From the IMG/VR virus record IMGVR_UViG_3300012231_000002, positions 1 to 54,551 of that record: a DNA stretch of 54,551 nucleotides; one strand, written 5' to 3'. The DNA is from a virus. Lineage: Duplodnaviria > Caudoviricetes. The notes under the pieces were generated by a model that was not told where the DNA came from, did no database searches, and saw only the letters and a list, made by a program, of their open reading frames with translations. The first letter of the stretch is position 1. Each line of letters opens with the position of its first letter. The translations under genes and the position numbers were made by a program. Of this stretch, positions 36,960 to 44,633 are shown piece by piece.

Positions 36960-37052
36960 CTAGTCATGCCACCTGTCGTGGCGAATGTGGTGTCGGTTGT
37001 CGTAGACCAGTGCTCCCCATAGGAGCAGTGTAGCGAGGATGATGAGTTCCAT
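36960..37052 (-). CDS. 30-aa single-TM microprotein MELIILATLLLWGALVYDNRHHIRHDRWHD
   Basis: RBS AAGGA; hydrophobic helix with His-rich tail. Confidence 0.5.
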   Translation of the reverse strand: MELIILATLLLWGALVYDNRHHIRHDRWHD

Positions 37053-37170
37053 GGTGTCCTTCGCATTGGGTAGAACAGGATGATTGCAGCCATGCCCCGA
37101 CTGAACTGGGTCTGTCCGTAACGAGGGGGTCTCTCGTAGGTCCCTGTCCTGTTCTACCCGGTGAGAGGGT

Positions 37171-37317
37171 TGGTGGAGCCGGTGGGGCGCTTCCCCCCAC
37201 GTTCGCCTCTGGTCGGATGGGTTATGAGGTAAAATCCTCTCCCCGTCCCATGCATCAGTCCACTTGCGTGTCTGGTGATTGGGGGCATCCTAACGTCAGC
37301 CGTACTATGTCGGCCCC
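37171..37317 (-). ncRNA. Miniature tmRNA-like RNA (alanine acceptor stem, 147 nt)
   Basis: 5' GGGGCCG pairs with 3' CGGCUCC-ACCA including G3.U70; T-like stem GUGGGG/CCCCAC; P2-like helix GUUAGGAUG/CAUCCGAC. Confidence 0.7.
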
Positions 37318-37485
37318 GTGGGTCGCTTACCGCCTCGGGCGTAAGCACGTTCTCGTCGGGCTTCCCGCTTTGGGTGGCCCTTGCCCCTGCGCATTGCAGG
37401 GCGACCGATTCTCTTGGTGTTGTGTCGATGCTGATTCTCGTCGCTTCGAGCCTTGAACAAGGTGCATCTCCAAGTGGAGTTTCAG

Positions 37486-37508
37486 ATATTGAGTTTACCA
37501 CAATATCT
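37486..37508 (-). promoter_or_regulatory. Extended -10 promoter (TGG-TAAACT) inside an inverted repeat (possible operator)
   Basis: Minus strand agatattg-tggtaaact-caatatct, upstream of the RNA cluster. Confidence 0.45.
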
Positions 37509-37557
37509 TCTGTGTTGTCTCAGGAAAGATTGAGCGACATTGCTGAGAGTGGTCGGG

Positions 37558-37607
37558 AAAAACGCACCACGGCGCAAGGGGAAGGAGGACCCCTGCGCCG
37601 TGGTGCG
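37558..37607 (-). terminator. Intrinsic terminator
   Basis: cgcaccacggcgca...tgcgccgtggtgcg followed by TTTTT on the minus strand. Confidence 0.7.
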
Positions 37608-37626
37608 GTAGTTGGGTTGGCGGTGA

Positions 37627-38079
37627 TCAGGCGGGCGTCTTGTCGCTGTCGCCTTCGTCGGTCTCGTCCTCGGCGCTCATCGCGTCCGAGAGGGAGACGA
37701 CATTCGCGGCCTGCGTGGCGGCTCGGGCAGCCTGCTGGGCCTTGATGTCGTCCTTCATGCGGGCCGAGAGAACCTCGTAGCCGAGCGTGCCACCGTGCTC
37801 GTCCACGTCGAGGCCCACCACGGCAGCGCCGAAGCGCAGCGGGGTGAACCGGATGTTCTCCGGGGTCTCGGTCAGGTACGTCCTGACGGTCTGCGGGTTC
37901 CCCTCGCGGTCGAGGGGGTTGGTCGTGCGCAGCGAGATGCACTGCGCGACGGACTGAAGGACCGGGCGACCATCGGCGCGCGTGCCCCAAACCTGCTGGA
38001 CCTCGGTGGTCTGCAAGGCCGGGATTTCCCGCTCCTGAATGATGATCGTGCGCGGGATGAACTCCTTGAGAAGACCCAT
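37627..38079 (-). CDS. Hypothetical protein (strong codon bias, probably highly expressed)
   Basis: Clean ORF, acidic tail, own terminator. Confidence 0.75.
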   Translation of the reverse strand: MGLLKEFIPRTIIIQEREIPALQTTEVQQVWGTRADGRPVLQSVAQCISLRTTNPLDREGNPQTVRTYLTETPENIRFTPLRFGAAVVGLDVDEHGGTLGYEVLSARMKDDIKAQQAARAATQAANVVSLSDAMSAEDETDEGDSDKTPA

Positions 38080-38228
38080 GTCTCTCGTCTCTCTTTCTGT
38101 GCCTATGGCACTAGCTGTAGTGTAGGCAGGGGTGCACGCTGCCTACTCCGTGTTCGGGAGAATTACTCCCTGTTTCTCTCCCCTTCTTTCTCTTCGAGCG
38201 CGGAGCCTCTAGTGAGAGTCCACGGCTT

Positions 38229-39440
38229 CTACGAAGGGCTGATCCATGGCTGTCCGTTCTTCGTGTCGTTCCAGATCAGTGAGTCGAAGGAGAACGGATC
38301 ATCGTGCCATCGCGTGGTGGTGACGGCGTGGTGGTCTGCGAAGCCTACGAGCAGGATACCATCCTTCATCTCGGCCACCAGTTCGTCGGACAGGTCTCCA
38401 TGGAGACCGAGTTCGCGTTCGCCTTGCGCCTTGAACGCCGCTGTGCGGAGTTCGGGAAGCAGATGGCGTTCCTTCTTGGGGATGATGTAGTCGTCTGCGC
38501 CTAGGTCGTCCATGGTCTGTTCTGGGATGGAGGAACCGTAGGTCACTCCATACAGAATGGAGCCAACGACGCCGTAGTGTTCTGCGCGGTCGCGGTTGTT
38601 CAGCAGGGCCTCGGCGGTGTCGAGCCCTGATTTCTTGGCAATACGGACGATCATGCGCATGAGCGTCCTGTTGTCAACGAGTCGTTCCATCCACTCCTGC
38701 GTGAATGATCCTGATACCGAGCCATCTTCGGCTGGGATCAGTTGGACCCGGACTACCGGACTGTGGCGTGCCTCGATCATCTCCCATTCGATGCGGCGTT
38801 GGATGGGAACCAAGTCCTCTGCGCTGTTGTAGAGTGGGAAGCCGTACGGGTTGTACAGCGCGTTGCCGTCCTCGTCCCTCTTGGGGCCGAACCCGTATGG
38901 GATGGTATTGAGATGGTGTTGGGCGACGACTGCGGACTCGATTTCGTCGTCATCCGTCGTCTTTTGTGACGACGATAGTGAGATTGCGTCGAAGCCTGAT
39001 GCGCGGAATTCGTCAACGATCAGTGGCATCTCCTTTTCCTGTTCGATCAGGACACGGTGGGTCGCTGCGTCTCGTTCTTGCTGGTTGGTCAATCGTTCGA
39101 TCTTCTTGATTGCCGCTTCCCACCAGTCTAGCCCTTTCAGGCTGCCCATTGGTGCCACGAATCCCGGTTCCATCAATGGGCGTTTCTTGATCGAGAGCGG
39201 TTGTCCGTTCATCCACTTCTCTTCGCGAGTGTCGCGTGGGATGGGTGCATGGACCTTGCGGGGGTTGGTGAACATGGGTGGGGCTGGCGGTCCGTAGCGG
39301 ACTGGCATCTCGCCCCATTTGGGACCGTAGAACGGCCGGGGTGGTTCTGGGTCCTTGAATGTGTGGCGGATCGTGAACTCTGGAACGTTGGGACAGGCCG
39401 CGATGGAACGCCTGTCTGGTTCGAGGTACTCGATATTCAC
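38229..39440 (-). CDS. Hypothetical protein
   Basis: 403-aa ORF; RBS AAGGAG. Confidence 0.75.
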   Translation of the reverse strand: MNIEYLEPDRRSIAACPNVPEFTIRHTFKDPEPPRPFYGPKWGEMPVRYGPPAPPMFTNPRKVHAPIPRDTREEKWMNGQPLSIKKRPLMEPGFVAPMGSLKGLDWWEAAIKKIERLTNQQERDAATHRVLIEQEKEMPLIVDEFRASGFDAISLSSSQKTTDDDEIESAVVAQHHLNTIPYGFGPKRDEDGNALYNPYGFPLYNSAEDLVPIQRRIEWEMIEARHSPVVRVQLIPAEDGSVSGSFTQEWMERLVDNRTLMRMIVRIAKKSGLDTAEALLNNRDRAEHYGVVGSILYGVTYGSSIPEQTMDDLGADDYIIPKKERHLLPELRTAAFKAQGERELGLHGDLSDELVAEMKDGILLVGFADHHAVTTTRWHDDPFSFDSLIWNDTKNGQPWISPS

Positions 39441-39479
39441 CTTGACTCCTTCTAGTCTAGTGACTGCCTTCTACCCCAT

Positions 39480-39854
39480 CTAACTCATGGGCCCGGTCGT
39501 TCCCCTTTCTGGATCGTTTTCCTCGGGACCGTCGTAGGTAACGATGGTCGTCAATCCCGGTGGTCGTGGATCATCAATCTCCATCAGCATGGAGTTGGTG
39601 ATCAGTGCCAAGACGGCGTGATCGGTGAATGGGCCGAAGCCCGTGTTCCAGTGAAGTCGAGCCGCCTGTTGGAAGTACATGAATCGTGGGTTCATGTGTC
39701 CGAACAGGATATCATCCTCGGATACGACGATGGTAGCGAGGGCTTCGAGTTCGATCGGGCTGTACTCCGAGCCGTTCTCGGGCTTGGCGAAGCGCATGAT
39801 GTGATCTTCGAATCGGTCGAAGGCTCGCATCTGTGGTTCGTGCTGGTCATGCAT
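39480..39854 (-). CDS. Hypothetical protein (MHDQHEPQ...)
   Basis: RBS GGGAG; 3' part of ORF 39480..40109. Confidence 0.55.
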   Translation of the reverse strand: MHDQHEPQMRAFDRFEDHIMRFAKPENGSEYSPIELEALATIVVSEDDILFGHMNPRFMYFQQAARLHWNTGFGPFTDHAVLALITNSMLMEIDDPRPPGLTTIVTYDGPEENDPERGTTGPMS

Positions 39855-40105
39855 GGTAGTGCTCCCCATGGTCTCCGGTGGGCTGGGCTTGTCGATCAGT
39901 AATGCGTCGCGCCTGTCTCTCAATACACTCCCGAGTGTGGTCTGAGAGTTCGACACAGAAGACGTGGCAATCTGGGGTGACTTCGAAGGTGGGGTCGGGC
40001 TTGTGAAGTCGGTAGGTGGTACGGCGTCGCATGTCTCGTTTCTCCTTCGCTTGCTGTTGTAGATGAGTGTGGAGAGGACGATGAGCCCTCTCCACAGATA
40101 GTGTC

Positions 40106-40585
40106 TCATACGAACGCTCCTGTGCGGATGTTGAAGACTGGCTTACCTTCCTTTAGCGCGTACTGGATGCAGTTCCATGTGCCGCCGTGCGTCTTGCCTG
40201 TCCAATAGGTCCATACCTCATCTGCGCGATCGACCATGGCGATGTTGCGTTCCTGATAGCGCTGAATCTCGTAGTAGTCTGCGCCGATGACCGTGATTGA
40301 CTCGGCGTGTTCGAGATGTCGGCGTAGCGTAGCCCTGCTTGATTCGGGCCAGAACTTCGTCATGGCGCGTGTCGTGAATGGCAGGATGATGTGGTATGGG
40401 ATGTTGTGGACGAAAGCCCATTCGGTAGCGTAGGTGTCAATGCCTAGCGCGCCGCCCGTGACGAAGATCAAGTCTCGGTATGGTGAGGCTGTCTCGTCAC
40501 GGTTGTTCATCAGGTCTGCGAATGCCCGATAGTCGAGGCTGCCCAAGTCCTTCGGCCGATGTCCTGTCCAAGCGATAGTTCGCAT
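40106..40585 (-). CDS. SLOG-family protein (YspA/DUF1273-like)
   Basis: IAWTGHRP, VTGGALGID, ILPF, YQERNIAMVDRAD, GGTWNCIQYA. Confidence 0.9.
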   Translation of the reverse strand: MRTIAWTGHRPKDLGSLDYRAFADLMNNRDETASPYRDLIFVTGGALGIDTYATEWAFVHNIPYHIILPFTTRAMTKFWPESSRATLRRHLEHAESITVIGADYYEIQRYQERNIAMVDRADEVWTYWTGKTHGGTWNCIQYALKEGKPVFNIRTGAFV

Positions 40586-40596
40586 GTCGCTCCTCT

Positions 40597-40824
40597 CTAC
40601 GAGATGATGGTGATGGTCGCGCCAACGAGGATGCTGACGTACGTGATTTCGAGGACGAAGCAGCCTTCGGATGGGCCGAATTCGTCTGTGATGTTGACCG
40701 AGGCGAGTTCGCGGACTCGGAGGATGTCGAGGTTCTTGATCAGCCCCGCCACGGACTCGTGGGAGAGGTTGAGTGCCTGCACGTCTACAAGATCAGAGTT
40801 CTGATTGAAGATGACTGTGTACAT
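40597..40824 (-). CDS. Hypothetical protein
   Basis: RBS AAGGAG. Confidence 0.65.
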   Translation of the reverse strand: MYTVIFNQNSDLVDVQALNLSHESVAGLIKNLDILRVRELASVNITDEFGPSEGCFVLEITYVSILVGATITIIS

Positions 40825-40901
40825 GAGTTGCTCCTTCTTAGACTGAGCGCCATTGATGCGGTGGTGTGGAAGCGGAACGTATGTCCCGCTCCCTGCTACG
40901 C

Positions 40902-41273
40902 CTAGCTGTTGAGGTAGGCTGTGTACTCGGCTGCGCGTCCCGTCTGCTGATACGCGGGGAGTTTACCTGTCGCGTATGCGTCGTCTAGTTCGGCGAGCGC
41001 GTCCGCCAGTTCGTCGTACGGCGCGAATGTCGCTTCGTCCATGGCTGCGATCAGGGCGTCGAGTGCAGTGTCCTCGGCGACCAGAGCGCGGTAGTTATCA
41101 GCGGTGCGGAAGAAGATGAGCGTGGCGCGGAGTGCATGCGTGTGAGCAGCGGGGCCGACGCCGTGGATGCTGATGCCGTTGACGTACTGCGTGTTGTACT
41201 GGGCCTGAACGCTGAGGATGCCCGCGTCGAGTGCCGCGAGGATGGTGGCCGTGGTCCAGAAGAACGTGTTCAT
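40902..41273 (-). CDS. Hypothetical early protein
   Basis: RBS AAGGAG; first gene after the long non-coding region. Confidence 0.7.
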   Translation of the reverse strand: MNTFFWTTATILAALDAGILSVQAQYNTQYVNGISIHGVGPAAHTHALRATLIFFRTADNYRALVAEDTALDALIAAMDEATFAPYDELADALAELDDAYATGKLPAYQQTGRAAEYTAYLNS

Positions 41274-42360
41274 GCCGAAGCTCCTTCGTCTGGGACCGTC
41301 ACCCGCTGGTGTGGGGATGACTTGTCCTGCGCCTTTAGAACTGCGAAGCGAAGGGTTGTGTCAAGGGTTTATCGGTGCGCGGTTAGCACCGACGCTAGAC
41401 GCCTCATAAGCTAATACTCTCTTGCAAGGAAGGAGCTTGCGACTGACGGCAAGAGGAAGATTAGCGTTGAGGCGGCGACGCAGCCCTTGATACGACCCTC
41501 GGTGAGCGGTATAACATGGCGCGGACAAGACATCCACACACCTGTCATCCGATAGCATGGTTTCGGGAGCAAGCGAGGAACGAGCGGTCCTGCGCGGCTA
41601 GCAGGATGCGGACGCAATCGGTGACGGCTTCGCTTTTGCAGGCGAGCCATCCGCAGAGGCGAGCGATATTCTCCTTCGCCTCTCCTCGTAGGGCAGAAGC
41701 GCGAGGGGTGCAGGGGACGCGCGCCTGCGTCCCCGCTATGTGGTCTCTCTCCCTCTCCACTGGCGGCAATCACTGGTGATGCGTGTTGTTGCCCATATAC
41801 CCCTCTTACTTCCCCTTACCCTCTCTTACGGGGTATCGCCAGTGATGAGCGTCAATCACTCGGTTTACCGACACTTGCTGGTATGACAGGGTAATGCTGG
41901 CCTAGGGGTGCCTTGGGGGTATGGTGGGTAGTGGGGGGTGTTTGTATGTGGGGGTGTGTTGATGGTGTGGTCAGTGTGGATTTGGTAGAAACAAGGTCGC
42001 GGTAGGACCCCCCAGCGACATTGGAACCTCCTGCCGGGTAGAAACCAGAATCGCGGCGGTAGGTCCCGTCTACGGTGTAGTGTAGGGATGGGGGTATGCC
42101 GGCTGGCGGTCTTGCGGTACAGGGGGGTAAGGCCAGTTATCGGTAAAACGACCCGAAAAGGCCGTCGAAACCGCGAAAACCCACCACAACGAGACGGGGT
42201 GCATTTTTTCCGCCACTGAGCGTGAAACAGTAGTCGTAGACATCAGTTTTCGTCCGAAAAGGGGTGAAAATGGACAAAAAGGGGTGTAAGCATATGACTA
42301 CAAAGTTTGTTTTTCGACCCTATCCCCCTCGTGGCGGATATCGGTCGGGACGGGATTTCA

Positions 42361-42400
42361 AAACGTCACGCTCAGGGGCTCCGAATTGAGCGTGAAAAAA
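42361..42400 (-). terminator. Terminator hairpin TCACGCTCA-12-TGAGCGTGA
   Basis: Inverted repeat just downstream of gene 42421..42897, with A/T-rich flanks. Confidence 0.55.
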
Positions 42401-42420
42401 CCAACTTTGTAGTGCTATCC

Positions 42421-42897
42421 CTACACCAGTGAGGCGCAGCGGCGCAGTGGGCTGTACTGGTCGGTGTCCTTGTCCATCAGGATGGCGAGGTCGTCCAGAA
42501 GATGCTCCATGGCGGCTCGGTCCTCTGGCTCGTCGGACACCCAATACCTCGCGCCGTCCCACCAGCGGTTCCAACTGATGGGCCTTCGGCCGTTCGCCAT
42601 TTCGAGGGACTCGGAGATATCTCGGATGACTCGGCCGACTGTGATGTTGTCGAATGTTATGGGGCGGTCGGCGAGGAGCTTGGTGACTTCTCCTGTCTTC
42701 CAGATGTCGCCGGAGCGGATGGACAGGACGACATCGAGAATGTGCCAGTAGGTATATGGATCACTGTACTTGTTCTTGGGCTTGGGGTAGCGAAGGCGGT
42801 TTTCCTTTATCTCCTTCACCCTCTTGGCGGTGACGATCGCCACCCCTCCGGGGATGGTGTTGCGGCCGTGTGTGTCGTTGGCGGCGTATGTATTCAT
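42421..42897 (-). CDS. Hypothetical protein (possible winged helix)
   Basis: Start MNTYAAN; WKTGEVTKLL...NITVGRVIRDI. Confidence 0.65.
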   Translation of the reverse strand: MNTYAANDTHGRNTIPGGVAIVTAKRVKEIKENRLRYPKPKNKYSDPYTYWHILDVVLSIRSGDIWKTGEVTKLLADRPITFDNITVGRVIRDISESLEMANGRRPISWNRWWDGARYWVSDEPEDRAAMEHLLDDLAILMDKDTDQYSPLRRCASLV

Positions 42898-42900
42898 GGC

Positions 42901-42960
42901 GTTATATTGACACTCGATTCTTCTCTTGTCAAGCCTCTTCTTGTCCTGCATACTATCCCC
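42901..42960. promoter_or_regulatory. Overlapping divergent promoters
   Basis: Plus TTGTCA-17-CATACT ending 7 nt before ATG 42961 (likely leaderless); minus TTGACA overlapping the same bases, ahead of ATG 42897. Confidence 0.6.
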
Positions 42961-43221
42961 ATGAAGCAGCTTCACGAACTGAACGCACCGCCCGCCGAGG
43001 GAACTCTTCTCTCGTGGTATGGGACTACTACTGCTGCGACCTTCGATTGGACTCCGGCTGCTTATCAGAGGCAGTACTTCGAGCAGATGTACGTGGGTCG
43101 TCCCGAACCGCAGCGTGATCAGATGGAACGTCTTCAGCGCGAGATGCAGCAGCTTCGTCGCGAAGTAGATATGTACCGTGAATACGCCTATCGAGCCGCT
43201 CGACTGACCGAGCCGAAATAG
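42961..43221 (+). CDS. MxxLHxL-motif protein (MKQLHELN...), C-terminal coiled coil
   Basis: Start just after the -10 element. Confidence 0.7.
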   Translation: MKQLHELNAPPAEGTLLSWYGTTTAATFDWTPAAYQRQYFEQMYVGRPEPQRDQMERLQREMQQLRREVDMYREYAYRAARLTEPK

Positions 43222-43408
43222 ATAATGCCGCCTAGGCGCGCCGTCCCGTCCGGTCGCCGCCAGCCGTCGAACAGGGGCGCGATTGGTGCCGCTGCTCCTT
43301 TCGACGGCAATGATACCAATGATATTACTTCTTGGATGTTCTGGAATGAGAACTGGCGGGAAGTGGATGTTCCAGACCTGATTACCCAGTTGATGGACTT
43401 TACCATCA

Positions 43409-43696
43409 TTGGCCATCTATCATGGGTTGTGTTCCCTCCTCATGGGTTTCGACTGTAGGGGTATCATGGCCATTGGCGACCGTCGCCGGTTTACTATCAA
43501 GGAAATTTCCTTGGACATTGAGGCCGTCGAGAATTCCGATGGCGAGTTCGAGGTCACTGATGACGCCGGGAGTCGCTGGACCGGAAGGTCTTATCGGAAC
43601 GCTGATGGTTCCGTGGCTGATACGTTTGGCCCCGGTCGGCGTGGCAGAAGGCTCCCTACTATCGTGAGGTATCTTCGTGCGCTCCGAGCGCCATAA
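43409..43696 (+). CDS. Hypothetical protein (start uncertain)
   Basis: Protein-like C-terminal two thirds. Confidence 0.5.
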   Translation: MAIYHGLCSLLMGFDCRGIMAIGDRRRFTIKEISLDIEAVENSDGEFEVTDDAGSRWTGRSYRNADGSVADTFGPGRRGRRLPTIVRYLRALRAP

Positions 43697-43877
43697 GACC
43701 TTAGCTGCGCGTGATGCTGAGTTGGCGATGTCCGTGGTCAATCCGGTCAAGGAGAGGAAGGCCGGACGGAAACGGCGTTGCGTTTCCTGCGGGTTGAGTT
43801 ACTCTTTAGATGAGTTGTTCCCTGAGCGGGATTCTGAGGACCGAGTGATTGGTCTGATTTGTGAGGGTTGTTACTGA
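43677..43877 (+). CDS. Small zinc-finger protein (CVSC...CEGC)
   Basis: CxxC pairs. Confidence 0.55.
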   Translation: MRSERHKTLAARDAELAMSVVNPVKERKAGRKRRCVSCGLSYSLDELFPERDSEDRVIGLICEGCY

Positions 43878-44107
43878 TGGCAGTCGTGAAGCAGGGTGGC
43901 CAGCCCTACAGTGGAAAGGTCTGGACTAGCAATGGTCCCAAAGATCGGCGTCCGCCTGTTTGCGCCCAGTGCCGCGAGCGGCGTGAGGGGTTGTACACTA
44001 TTTCGGTCAATGGACAGTTGATCTGTGGCCAGTGCAGTGGCGAATATGGTCGCGGCATCCTGACCCCTGATGAGGACTCCCCTTATGACGTTGGACCCCC
44101 AGACTGA
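43877..44107 (+). CDS. Small zinc-finger protein (CAQC...CGQC)
   Basis: TGATG coupling; CxxC pairs. Confidence 0.55.
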   Translation: MAVVKQGGQPYSGKVWTSNGPKDRRPPVCAQCRERREGLYTISVNGQLICGQCSGEYGRGILTPDEDSPYDVGPPD

Positions 44108-44633
44108 GGCCCCGCCGCCTAAACTCGGTATTGCGTGTCCGACGAATTGCACATTCCATCCCTCTAAGATCGGGTGGAAGAACGCCAACGCGCTGGCGGC
44201 GACTCGCGCCCGTGGTGCCGGAGAGATTGTCTTCCTCCGTCGATATGAGGAACTGACCGGTCTTCGGGCTGCTAATACGACTGCCCATCGGCATTTCAAG
44301 CATTACGTCAAGCCCGCTGACCCGAAATCCGACGAAGAGGTCGTTGAGGGGCCGAAACCTTCTGATATCCAGATTCTTGACTCGATTATCGGCGCTGGCT
44401 TCAGGAATTCCAAGAATTGGAAGCCTACGATTCGTGATACTCTGGAAGCGATGAAATTGAAGACTCAAATGACCGGGAATTCCGCGTTTGACGAGTTGAT
44501 CGCTCTTTTCGACGTTAACGATGACGGCGAGGATGAGGATTCTGCCCCTGAGAGCGCAGATGCCCTGCTTTCTCCCGATGAAAGGCCCGACGAGGGCGCT
44601 GAAGAGCTAGAATCCCCTCTCGGCGGCGAATAA
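44085..44633 (+). CDS. terS: Probable terminase small subunit
   Basis: Directly upstream of and coupled to TerL; acidic tail. Confidence 0.55.
   Translation: MTLDPQTEAPPPKLGIACPTNCTFHPSKIGWKNANALAATRARGAGEIVFLRRYEELTGLRAANTTAHRHFKHYVKPADPKSDEEVVEGPKPSDIQILDSIIGAGFRNSKNWKPTIRDTLEAMKLKTQMTGNSAFDELIALFDVNDDGEDEDSAPESADALLSPDERPDEGAEELESPLGGE

Noticed and set aside
37171-37317. Canonical tRNA-Ala
   Set aside because: No D-stem, anticodon arm or TTC loop; the length and ends fit a tmRNA-like domain instead
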